DNA of 64,000 nt from Saprolegnia diclina VS20 (lineage: Eukaryota). The DNA is taken from the NCBI RefSeq assembly GCF_000281045.1, contig NW_008246074.1, positions 581,588-645,587 on the forward strand, written 5' to 3'. Positions 1 through 11,603 of this stretch are shown in pieces (the first letter of the stretch is position 1; each line of letters opens with the position of its first letter). Below the pieces are notes generated by a model. That model searched no databases, was not told where the DNA came from, and saw only the letters and a program-made list of their open reading frames with translations. The position numbers and the translations under genes were made by a program.

Positions 1-107
1 TTTTTTTTGCTGCCATATTTTCGAGAAATATGGCTCTATTTGTGGCTCCACCATGGCTCCAGCGTGGATTTTTTACAAATACAAAATGCAAGATAAAACC
101 GTGAATA

Positions 108-211
108 GATTACGTAATCAATCGGACGACTTGAAAAATGTATAGCTGGGTTGGCAGCAGGGTTGGCAGCAAGGGATTACGTAATCGAGCTTGACAACTT
201 GAAAAATGTAT
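108..211. repeat. Two-copy direct repeat containing palindrome GATTACGTAATC followed by GACRACTTGAAAAATGTAT
   Basis: GATTACGTAATC at 108-119 and 175-186, each followed by gac(g/a)acttgaaaaatgtat; period ~68 bp. Confidence 0.75.
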
Positions 212-560
212 GGCTGGACGGCCGACCAGTGCTCATGCGACCGCCCTTCAGGGTGCTGGAGGCTTGGGCGTACTGTCGCTTCGGAATCCTGCGCCCGCAA
301 GAGCCTGCCCGCAAGGCCTTAAGGCTAAGTGTGCTCCTCTCATCTATAAGCCAATGGAGCCGCAGAGGAAGCGCCAGATCGTCCTTTGAGCTCCAGCACC
401 GACATACGCGGTAGCGCAAGAGCGCGCGCCGCTCATGAGTACGATAAGTTCTGCGAGCGCCGACTATGCTGCGAGGTATCGAGTGCGGGACGTAACTTGG
501 GAAAGGCATGGCCGCTTATCGACGCCCCAGGCGGCTTCGACAGCATCCAGTCGAGCCACC

Positions 561-826
561 GAGAGGTTGTTGTAGTGACACTACGGTGGCGACGACGTTG
601 GCCACGGGGTGCATCGCGCGCTTAGTAGCGCCAGATACGCAAGGCGCTGACCCATCCGCTGGACTTGCTACAACGTTGTGAGTGTACCAGAGCGAGTAGT
701 AGTAGCGCTAGCACGGCGGCGACGACGTTGGCGACGAGAAGGATCGCGACGCTCAGTAGCGCAAGATATGCGAGGCTCTGAACCACCCGCTGGACGTGCT
801 ACGTGTACCAGACGTGTACCAGAGCG
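561..826. repeat. Diverged tandem duplication, ~130 bp unit
   Basis: acgg(t/c)ggcgacgacgttgg...agtagcgc.agata...ccgctggac.tgctac...gtgtaccagagcg occurs at ~583-693 and ~713-826. Confidence 0.75.
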
Positions 827-2123
827 CGCGCGCGGATTTCCCAGGGCGGCGTTGTGAGGAAGCCGACCTCGCGCCCTTCGACGGTGTCGTCGCTGAGCCA
901 CTCGCCGTGTTGTTTGCCAATGAAAAATAATAAAAACTCAAATTGCCGCAAACCCAAATCGACTTGCTTTAAATATGGAGAGACAACGTGGATTGGTCGG
1001 ATTTGAAAATAGCGAAATTAATTACCCCGCGCGGGTGAAATTGAACTCGCCGAGCACCTTTGCATACTTTAATCAAGTGTAAAAAAACGTGGAAGCCATT
1101 TTGGCTTAATCGTGGACAGGCGTGGATCAGAGGGTGAAAAATCCACGTTTGTAGAGGCCTGGGAATCATACCGCTCGGCTCATGCTTCGTTCGATCCCTG
1201 GGTCCCGCCTGATTTCCCGTCCGGTTAAAACCGGATACGACCACCAAGGAAGAGGGACTGACAAGGGAATTGCAGGACCGGGTACCTTACCTTAATTGGG
1301 GGTACCCCGACAAACGACGCGTGGCGTTGCATGCGCTGAAAAGTTCGTGTACCGTCTAAGGGTGGTAGCCCACTGAATAAGTGAGGTAGTGCCACTATGG
1401 CGTAACCGTAATACAGCGGTTGCGCCACGTAGGTGTCCGCAGAAATGCTGGCACCACCCCCCCCACACCCCCCACCACACAACCATGATGTGAGGCGAAG
1501 CAGCCGGTCCGTACGCCAAGCCAATAGCAGCACTTTCGACATATCCGGTTAAACGAATTAATAGCACTCATCTATGACAACGGCTCATGCTTCGCATACG
1601 TAGCGCTACGCCTGAATGCGTGGGAGTTGGCTCCAGCACTTGGTCGTTGGGAGTGAGCTGCGTACGGAGAGATCCATCCCTAGTATTTGTTTTACTCAGT
1701 ACTGTGCAATGCGTTGCTAATGTTGATGGACTTTGCGCAATCGATCTGACGATGACTGACCCACTATTGTCTGTATGTTTGCAGCTCCCGTATCTGGAGG
1801 TTTTCACCATTCTGTTGTCCAAACGGCCAATTTCACGATAAGTACTGTACTGGTACCTGTAGTAATTATAGGCTTCGTGTTAGCAGCACATGCCTGGCAA
1901 GCTTGCACCGAAGCTGATAGTTTGCATGTGTTTTCAAGCCAACTCCTCATGCAAATATGCTTCAGTACTTCAGCCATCGCACAGGAGACCTGTTACGTGA
2001 GATCGAGCTATACACCCCACGAGAATTACTACAGGTGTAGTAGCTCATGAACTCTGTGTTTTGCAAGCAAAACCGTAGGATTTCACACAATTTTTGTCGT
2101 TATGTATGCAAGTATGAATGCGT

Positions 2124-5100
2124 CTACTTGGTGAGCATCCAGCCGAGGGACGCGCGAAGACTTTCCGTGTACGCAACCTTGTCCTTGGCGTCCAAGAAGA
2201 CGTCTTTGTTCAACGTGAGCGTCGCCGGCGCGGGAACAGCAACGTTCAAGTGGCCAGCGCCCACGAGTGCATCCCGCGCCTTGGCATAGTCCATCGTGGC
2301 GACAAAGACCTGGGCCGAGCTGGTGGCGTCCGGCGTCGCAAAGAGCACGGCAGGGCGAACAACGACAATTTCAACGCTCGAGTTGGCAAACTCGCAGACC
2401 TCCGAGACAATCACGACAGCCTCGGACGGCTGCAGCGCCCCAGGGGCCGGCGTCGTGCCGAGCGTGCCTGCGACCGAGCCGACGAATGTCTCAATGGCCT
2501 TCGTGATGACAGTCGAAGCCGCCGACTCCTTGAAGTACACGTGAATCTTATCAGCGACGACAAGACCAGCCTTCTTGCGCATCTTCTGAACGCGGTTCAC
2601 AAACTCGCGAGCGACGCCCTGCGACTTGAGAAGGTCGTCCTCACGCACATCGATGACGACCATGAGCGCGCCATCAACCGAGACATCGGCCTCGTAGATC
2701 TTCTTGTCGCCCTTGAATTCGCGCTTGACAAAGAGGTCATCGCCCGAGAGCTCGACACCGTTGGTGAGCGTGATCCGCTGCGTGCGCTGGTACGAGAGGG
2801 CATCGTCGTGCGAGAGCGCCTCGACGATCTTCTTGACGGCACCGAGCTGCTTCCCGAGGCGCTTCCCGACCACCTTGTTGTTGACCTCAACCTTGAGACT
2901 GCACCACTCCTTCTCATCGGCGGCAAAGACGAGATCGCGCATGTTGAGCTCGTCGTGGATGTACGACTTGACCGACTCGAGCGAGGTGCGGACCGACGCG
3001 TCCGACGTGACAACGATCACGCTCTTGACTGGGTTCTTGAGCGAGATGGCGCGACGCTCGCGTACAACGCGACCCATCTCGATGACCTGCTGGAGCTTAG
3101 CCATGCGCGCCTCGGCTTCTGCGTTGAGGCGCTTCGGGTCAAAGTCCGGGATCATGAGGTAATGCACGCTCTTGGCAACACCGTCCGCGTCCTCGACGGG
3201 AGTCGTCGTCGTCTTGGCCATGTGCGCAACCGGGTGGTAGAGCTTGAGGAACTGGTACATGTACTCCGTGAAGAAGGGCGTGAAAGGCGCCATGAGCTTG
3301 CAGAGCGTGTAGAGCACGTCGAAGAGCGCGGAAAGCGCAATATGCGCGGCCTCATGGCCTTCCGCACCCTTGAGGCGGTTGCGGTTGAGGCGCACGTGCC
3401 ACTTGGTGAGCTGGTCGACAAACTCGATGAGGCGCGGCACGACCGTGTACAGGCGGTACGCTGCCATCTCGGTCTTGACAAACTGCACGAGCGAATGCAG
3501 CGCCGCGACGATCCAAGCGTCCATCGTGTTACTCAAGACGACGCTGTCGTCCGCGAGCGACGTCGGCACGAATGTCTCGCCCGAGGCTTCCTCGAGGCGC
3601 GCCACTTGCTGCACGAAGAAACGAGCAGCGTTGTACCACGGAAGGAAGACATCACGGATGATGCCCATGACACCGGCCTCCTGGAAGCGAAGGGGTTCGG
3701 CACGCACCACCGGCGAGTTGATCAAGTAGAGACGAAGAGCGTCGGCGCCGTACTTCGACAAGATGTCGTTCGGGTCCGGGTAGTTGCGAAGGGACTTGGA
3801 CATCTTACGGCCATCTTCCGCGAGAACGAGGCCGTTGACGATGAGGTTCTTGAACGGCGGCTGGTCAAATAGCGCCGTACCAATGACCATGAGCGTGTAG
3901 AACCAGCCACGCGTCTGGTCGAGGCCTTCGGCGATAAAGTCCGCCGGGAAGCCCTTCATGAACTTCTCCTTGTTCTCAAACGGGTAATGTTGCTGCGCGT
4001 ACGGCATTGAGCCCGACTCGAACCAGCAGTCAAAGACCTCCGTGACACGGCGAAGAACGCCCTTGCCCATCGACGACGGGATCGTGATCTCGTCAATGAA
4101 CTCGCGGTGGAGGTCCGTGATGTCTTGGACGCCCGACTTTTGCTTGAGCTCCTCGATGGAGCCGATGCAGACAACCTCCTCAAAGTCGTCCGAGACCCAG
4201 AGCGGAAGTGGTGTGCCCCAGAACCGGTTGCGCGACACGTTCCAGTCCTTGCCGTCCACGAGCCAGTTATGAAAGCGCTTCTCCTTCACAAAGGCCGGCA
4301 CCCAGTACGTCTTTTGGTTGTTGGCGATGATCTTGTCCTTGATCTTCTCGACGTTGATGAACCAGCCCGGCACGGCACGGTAGATGAGTGGCGTGCCACT
4401 GCGGTAGCAGAACGGGTAGCTATGCACAAACGTCGACTTGGACACGAGACGGCCGCGGTCCTTGAGGTCCTTCAACAGCACGTCGTCCGCCTCTTTGACG
4501 TGGAGGCCCGCCACGAGCGGCACCTGGCTCGTAAACTTGCCGTTGTCATCGAGCGGGTCCGGAAGCGTGATCTTGTCGACGATGCCATTGGCCAGGCAGA
4601 CGCGGTAATCCTCCTCACCGTAGGTCGGCGACTGATGGACGAGACCCGTGCCGTTGTCAGACGAGACGTAGCTGTCACCGATGACGTGGAAGGCGTTCGG
4701 CCACGATGCAAATGTGTCGAAGAGTGGCACGTACGCCAAGCCCACGAGCGCCGCACCCTTGAGGCTCTCAACCTTCTCGAACTCGGAGCCCGCGACATAG
4801 CCCTTCTTCTCGAGCTTCGGGTACACCTGCACAAGGCGCGATTCGGCAACGATGTAGAACTTGCCAGACTTGAGGTCCTTGACCTAAAACAGCAAAATCA
4901 ATAGTACGATTGCTGAAGGGTTGGAATCAAGACGGCATACCTTGACGTAGTCGAGTTCCGGGTTGACGCAGACAGCCAAGTTGGACGGAAGCGTCCACGG
5001 CGTCGTCGTCCAGATAAGGAGATACGTGTTGGCGTCCGTGACAAGCGGAAAGTTGATGACGACGCTCGGGTCGGGCGTGTCACGATAGTCCGAGTTGGCC

Positions 5101-5699
5101 TCAAAGTTGGAGAGCGACGTGTTGCACGCCGTCGAGTACGGAAGGATCTTGAAGCCACGGTAGACCAGGTCCTTGTTGAACATGGTCTGGAAGACGTTCC
5201 AAACCGACTCCATGAACCACGGTTCCATCGTCTTGTAGTCGTTTTTGCAGTCGATCCAGCGACCGAGGCGAGTCACCGTCGACTCCCACTCCTTCGTGTA
5301 GCGCTGGACAATGCCGCGGCACTCGTTGTTGTACGCAGCGATGCCCATCGCGAGCACATCTTCCTTCGTGTGCACGTTGAGCTTCTTGTTGATCTCGTAC
5401 TCGATCGGGAGGCCGTGGCAATCCCAGCCGAAGCGGCGCTCGACGTAGTGACCCGTCTGGTGCGCAAAGCGCGTCACAATGTCCTTGATCGTACCAGCCA
5501 AAATGTGGCCGTGGTGCGGCAACCCCGTCGCGAACGGCGGCCCATCGTAGAACGTGAACGGCTTGCGATCCTTCGAGAGTCGAAGCGACGTCATGAACGC
5601 GTCGAGCTCCTTCCAGAGCTCAAGCGTCGCAAGCTCTTGGTCCGGGAAGCTGAGGCGCTCGGGCAGGCGTACGTCCGCGTGGGGCGACGGCTTCGTCAT
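2124..5699 (-). CDS. IARS1: Isoleucyl-tRNA synthetase, cytosolic type (exons 5699-4941 and 4883-2124)
   Basis: FYDGPPFATGLPHHGH (HIGH-like), GWDCHGLP, WTTTPWTLPSN, DWNVSRNRFWGTP, EGLDQTRGWF, KMSKS; GT-AG intron 4884-4940 joins the two ORFs in frame. Confidence 0.97.
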
Positions 5700-6120
5700 T
5701 TTGATGCTCTTCAGACACCAATCCTGGAAATGAGAGCCACCGAAACGGCAGTCGAGCATCGTATCCGAATATCCGGATACGTTGGACTTGAAGCAACCAG
5801 GATTTCAGCCAATCGCACGCGCGAAAATAATCTTGTGATGGTGCGGGGGAGTTCATTTGATTGCCACCCTGGTTCTCGAAGCGCTTGGACACACAAGGAC
5901 AATTCTCTTGACGACAACGCGCTCCCTACGCATGCTAGTATACTGAGTGATTGTGCTTGAATCTTGACACCTTCGCTTTGATCTGTGTCCAGTCGCTGGA
6001 CCATTGGCCCTTGTCCAGTGCTTGCAGCCGAGCCCACTCGTGTTCAGGAGGGAGGATTCGGCAAGACAATGCATTTAGGTCCGAGACAGAAAAGTTACTT
6101 CGAGCCCACCCGCACGGGAC

Positions 6121-6151
6121 CATGGGTCAATAACTTTATTATTGACCCATG
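6121..6151. mobile_element. 31-bp palindromic transposon footprint / micro-MITE with 7-bp target-site duplication
   Basis: CATGGGTCAATAA-cttta-TTATTGACCCATG flanked directly by ACGGGAC (6114-6120 and 6152-6158). Confidence 0.7.
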
Positions 6152-6469
6152 ACGGGACCTGGTTAATTGCGATGGGCCAGAAGACTGCTCTTAGCACTGC
6201 TTATGATTGTGTCGGCTTTGAGCTCTTTGCGATTCATCGATGAATCTTTATCCAGCAAGCAGAAATGCATGCAATGCCCGTCAAAGGTATTCAACATTAT
6301 TAGGATTGCATCGAGAGACATTGTGGCTGTCAGCATTTTAGACAGCTTGTATAAGAAGGAAGTCGAACAGACAGCAGCACGACTCTGACTGTGGTGTTTC
6401 GTGTCCTGCCTTTTGATTGGACAGCATAAATTGGTGCAAAATCGCGTCACATTGCATTTGCCCGCTCCC

Positions 6470-7565
6470 ATGCTGTCGCTGACGCAAATCGAGCAGTTCC
6501 TCGACACTGGCGTCCTTGTAGTCGACGACGTGCTGACGCCAAGCGAGGTCGCCAGTGCGCGCGCATCTCTTCACGATGAGCTGAAGAACTATGGCGTTGT
6601 ACGTTGTCCAAGGACAAATCTGGCTTCACTGCTCATGACGGGCCTCGTAGGACCACAATGACCTTCCAGCAACAGCAGCGAACCTCAAGCTCCTTTCCAG
6701 CACAGGAGGGGCCGGTGGTATCCTCGACCTCTTTTATCCGTCATGGCGCCTCGCTGTGGCGGAGCATCCCCACGTCTTCAAGGCCATGTCCGAGCTCTGG
6801 GCTGCTACATACGCATCGGGCGAGCTGGACCTCTTCCGCCACCCCTTTGGCGAGTTCAACGCGACCGAGGGCTACATATACGTGAACCGCGTCTGCTACC
6901 GCGTGCCTGATGCAGTCTCAGCTGGCGCCGTCGATGGCGTGTCGAAGCGCAAGGGCAAGAAACAACTTCAACGGTCCTTGACGCCACATGTCGACTGCTG
7001 TCCGACCAACATGTATGCCACGGGGAAGGAGTTTCCGCGCTGGCGCCCCATCCAATGCATTACAGCACTTACCGACAACCTCGATGCGTCCACCGGTGGC
7101 TTTGAAGCCGTTCGCGGCTTTCACAAAGAGTTTGCTGGCTACTTCGCCTCAGCAGGCCATGCTTCTGCCGACGCGAGACCACCGGTCTGCCTTGGAGATT
7201 TCTCGCCGTTGCGCATGCAAGAAGACCGCGACGTCATTAGCCGCTACGAGCATATTCCATGCCGCGCCGGCAGTGTCATCTTCTTCGACTGGCGCATCCC
7301 GCACGCCAATAGCTACCGCCACGTCGGCTCGATTCCTCGAGAAGTCATTTACACCGGGTTTCTTCCCCGTGTTTCCATCAACGAAGCTTACGCCAAGGAG
7401 CAACTTCGCCGGTACGAAGCTCGCTTACTGCCCGCTGACCATTGGCAGAAAGGCAGCGCAGGTCCAGGAAAGGTCGACGAGCGCTTCTCCGAACACGATT
7501 TTTCGCTCCTCGGTCGTCGCTTGATGGCCATGGAACCTTGGTCAACGACCTACACCGCAGAGTAG
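6470..7565 (+). CDS. Phytanoyl-CoA dioxygenase (PhyH)-like 2OG-Fe(II) dioxygenase (intron 6599-6650)
   Basis: LSLTQIEQFLDTGVLVVDDVL start, PHVD (HxD), GSVIFFDWRIPHAN distal His, downstream Arg. Confidence 0.8.
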
Positions 7566-7793
7566 CGATGATGAACTTGAGAATAGCATGAAATGCAAGT
7601 CTTTTTGCCTCGGTGCGTTGAGGAGCAATCGTCTCCCGTCCCATGTGATGCGCCCTGGATGGGTCTTTTTTTTATCATGTTTAACCCAAGGATGTAAACG
7701 CGTCAAACTACTCAACACACGAGCCTCCGTATCCGTATACACGGGGTACGGATATGGCCGGCATTTTCAACCTTTGCCTGCCCAGTGCCTGCC

Positions 7794-8756
7794 ATGCGAT
7801 CCCCATCTGTCCTCGTTGTGGGGTCCATCAATGCTGACATCTTTCTCGACGTTGCGCGACTTCCGATGCCGGGCGAGACGCTTAGTGCGACCGGGTCTCG
7901 GTGTCTCATTGGCGGCAAAGGCTCCAACCAAGCCGTCGCAGCCTCCCATGCCGGTGCCCCGACAACCTTTCTCGGCCAGTTCGGCGACGACTATGCCAGC
8001 CGCATGCAAGCACATTTGCACGATGCTGGTGTGACAGTCGATGCCTCGAGCACTGTGCACACGGACGTCGTCTCAGGCCAGGCCACGATCTTCCTCATGC
8101 CATCAGGTGAAAATGCCATCGTGATTGTGCCAGGAGCGAATGCTGCGTGGCCAACGGAGCTCTCCCTAAGCTCGAAGGCAAGCATCCGCAACGCGTCAGT
8201 TGTGCTCCTTCAATGCGAAATTCCCCACCGCGTCAACCGGCTCGTTGCCATGGAAGCCAAGGCTGCAGGAGCGATCGTTCTCTGGGACCTCGGAGGTGAA
8301 GAACGCGCTATTGACGCCGACTTTTTGCAGTACGTCGACTATGTGTGCCCCAACGAGACCGAGCTCCAACGCTCTATTGACGCTCCGGCGCCCCTACTGA
8401 CGCAAGACGACGTCGTCCGTGCCGCCAAGAAGCTCCAAGACAAGTATTATCGCACAGCACTTCTCGTTTCACGCGGATCGAGCGGCGCAGTTCTTATCGC
8501 TGCAGATGGCTCCGTCACGCAGCAAGCCGCTTTCAAGGCAACTGTCGTCGACACAACCGGTGCTGGCGATTGCTTTCGTGGCGCATTCGCTGCCATGTTG
8601 GCGCAAGGTCATACGATCAAGGACTGCCTTGAATACGCTGCCGCCAGTAGTGCTCTCTGCGTTGGCCTCCTTGGCGCGACGATGCCATCCCGTGATGCGA
8701 CCTTGCAGGCACTAGCGGCGGCTAGATCCAACCGCATGGCTGAGTCGTCCGGTTAA
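7794..8756 (+). CDS. RBKS: Ribokinase (PfkB family)
   Basis: VVGSINAD, GGKGSNQAVA, PNETE, DTTGAGDCF motifs. Confidence 0.92.
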   Translation: MRSPSVLVVGSINADIFLDVARLPMPGETLSATGSRCLIGGKGSNQAVAASHAGAPTTFLGQFGDDYASRMQAHLHDAGVTVDASSTVHTDVVSGQATIFLMPSGENAIVIVPGANAAWPTELSLSSKASIRNASVVLLQCEIPHRVNRLVAMEAKAAGAIVLWDLGGEERAIDADFLQYVDYVCPNETELQRSIDAPAPLLTQDDVVRAAKKLQDKYYRTALLVSRGSSGAVLIAADGSVTQQAAFKATVVDTTGAGDCFRGAFAAMLAQGHTIKDCLEYAAASSALCVGLLGATMPSRDATLQALAAARSNRMAESSG

Positions 8757-8851
8757 AACCGTTGCGCGTTCGGAATTTTATCCAATCAAACGTCGATTCT
8801 GAATTTTCTTTCGTGCGGGCGCTTCACTTCACAGAATCGCTTCCTGACGCC

Positions 8852-9371
8852 ATGTCGAACGCGGCAAATCTCCCCCGTCGCATCGTCAAGGAAACGCAGC
8901 GACTCCTCGCGGAACCCGGTACGCATGATGGGAGATGGAATCTAGACCGAGTGGTTGACGTCTGTATGTACATCTTGCGTAGTACCGGGCATCAGCGCAA
9001 CGCCGTACGAAGACAACCTCCGCTACTTCCAAGTCGTGATCGCCGGGCCTCAGTCGTCCCCGTACGAGAACGGCATCTTCAAGCTCGAGCTCTTTCTGCC
9101 TGCTGACTACCCCATGGCGCCACCCAAGGTCCGGTTCCTGACTCGTATTTACCACCCGAACATTGACAAGCTCGGGCGTATCTGCCTCGACATCCTCAAG
9201 GACAAGTGGTCGCCCGCGCTCCAGATCCGCACGGTGCTCCTGAGCATCCAGGCACTGCTTTCAGCTCCCAACCCCGACGACCCGCTTGCGAACGACGTTG
9301 CTGACCACTGGAAGACGGACGAGCCGGGTGCCTTGCGCACGGCCATGGAGTGGACGCGCCGGTTCGCTTAA
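8852..9371 (+). CDS. UBE2N: Ubiquitin-conjugating enzyme E2 N (Ubc13); intron 8919-8982
   Basis: [58 protein letters not shown]. Confidence 0.96.
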
Positions 9372-9508
9372 ACGATCTTTCCCGTCATCTGTCACGTTTC
9401 CACGCTTTCCAACCATCTCCGCTCTCTCTTTGCATAGTCTAGTCGGCTAAGCACAACTGAAGAAATGCTACATTACTTCGTGCGTAAACTCTTCTTGTCA
9501 CTGGCGGC

Positions 9509-10838
9509 TTAGACCAATTGATAGTCCTGCGGCGAGTAGTACTCGGTCAGCAAGCGGTAAATATACGACGGCTGGTACGCGCCAGTGTTTGTGATGAAGA
9601 TGGTCACATGCTCAGGCGGGACGTAGTCGTTCACCGGGTTCAAGACATCCATCTAGACACATCAGTGAGCTGCAGCCTGTAAAGGTGGATGGATGTTCGG
9701 ACGTTGGGAAGCGTCTCGTCGTAGTTGAGAATGTGCGCCGGCGACACGAGCTCATTGAGAACGTCCAGATCGTGTGGGTACAGCGGGCAGAGCTACCAAC
9801 GTTCGGTAAGTCCCGAGGAAAAACTCGGTCGATGTACCTTGAAGAGACCCGCAACAGACACGACGGGGACACAGAACTTTTTGGCCGCGAGCGCGATGTT
9901 TTGAATCCCAGACTGCGCGATGAGACCGCCGTTTGCAACGACAGCGATGGCAGGAATCACCACCTATTATTCAAATAAGAGATCGTTGAGAATGACTCCG
10001 TCCCTTACCTTGTTGACACGGGCCATCATGGCGAAGACGGCGCTGTCCGTGATGACGGTCGTGTCGATGCCGCTCTCTGCGAGTCGATGGGCCATGTTCT
10101 ACGATGATAGATATATCAGTGCGTTCGTTGAATGCAAATTCATCGACACGGTACTTGGCCATTCAGGACCGGCGTCGATTCGACAACGATGACTTTGAAC
10201 TGACGCTTCTTGGCAGCAGCCTTGAGGAACTCTTCCACAGACGTCGAGAGACCATACGTCAAGATGACCTCGCTAGTCACATGAGATATATGAGACGAGT
10301 TGCGAAGGCTATCGTGGTAAGCAGCGATGCGTACGTACTTCGCGTGAATGTACTCCATGGCCTGGTCCGCGATGCTGATGTGGAGGTTCTCGATCTCATC
10401 CATGAGCTCGCTCACACCTTCCATGATGGCTTGCTTAAGCTCCTTGATAGGCGTCGTGAAGTCGTCTTCCATGCCCGGCGTGAGAATCGTGCCGAGCGAA
10501 AGCTGCGCCTGCGTCTGCGACGACAGCGTCTTCATCCCGTTCAAGTACTCTTCGCGCACGATAAAGAGCACACGACGAATAACGTTGCCAATCGCGAGCT
10601 CTTGAGGGATGGCCTTGATGAGAACGCGACCAAGGATACGGATGTGCTCCATAAGCTGCCGGGCATGCGTGAAGCGGACGGCTCCAAGCACAGCACGAAG
10701 CAGCTCCGTGGTCTTGCGCGACGTCTCATACGAGCCCGTGATCTGGCGCCGCTTGAGGCCGACAAGGAGGAGGTTAAGCTGGTCCTGGATCTTGGGCCAC
10801 GGCGCGAGCCATTGCTGGAGTGCGATCTCGTCTGTCAT
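9509..10838 (-). CDS. EIF2B2: Translation initiation factor eIF2B beta subunit (multi-exon)
   Basis: [35 protein letters not shown]-terminal [34 protein letters not shown]; several GT-AG introns. Confidence 0.92.
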
Positions 10839-11603
10839 GCTTCTTGCCTTCCTTGTTGAAAAACCAATGGCTGCGCTGGCGATAATTATTTTATTTTGCA
10901 TTGATTTGTATCAGAAATAAAATAAATCCCTCGGGCAACTTTCTTGTGGGAAGCTCCTCCTGGCGGGCAGCCGCATGGATGCGTAAATGGATGCCCATGA
11001 CCCTGCCGCGCTGACAGTTGTCTCGTGTCATGGCGAGTATGCCCGCGAGAGCGCATGGCTGTCGGGGTACACATCCAGCGTCTTGCTTGAGCGTGCGTAC
11101 TTGATCGCTCGTCTCGCTGCTCACTGCCCTTGGCCCAGAAATGACCAGCGCCGTCTCTGCTTTTAAGATTCCAAGGGCATCGTACGCAGATCGTGCCTTG
11201 CTGCCGTCGCGCGGCACAGCGCTTGCGCTCTCGTTGCTGCGGCGCAGCTTCAACAAATCGTGGGTGCGTTGTTGCCTGACGTCAGGTGCTGCGACACTGA
11301 GGAAGCGATGGTCGATCGGCCACGATGGTCACTGCTACGGGCGGTGGCCACCGGGCCGGGCGGTCGAGTGCTCTGCGCCTGCTGCCAAGATACATTCCGC
11401 TCGATCTGTGGTCGCGAGGCGGTCGTCCCGCGACAGAAATACATTGCCTCGTATGCGACATGTGTTTTATTAATATGCACCGCGCGCCCTGGAGAGCAGG
11501 GGGCAAGCGTGTATTAAAATACGGTAGTATAAAATGCGTCGTGCGCATTAAATTGCACGTAAGATTCACTCGTCGCATTTGGCATTTTCGAATCCGCGAG
11601 CCG

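Noticed and set aside
2118..3872. 584-aa plus-strand ORF, and similar long antisense ORFs at 22016, 31574, 44776 and 62650
   Set aside because: Antisense shadows of real genes, caused by GC-rich codon bias
7727..7757. Imperfect hairpin upstream of ribokinase as a third footprint
   Set aside because: Different terminal sequence and no flanking duplication
10891..11256. 121-aa minus-strand ORF upstream of eIF2B-beta
   Set aside because: Non-ATG start, no recognisable motif, lies in a divergent promoter region
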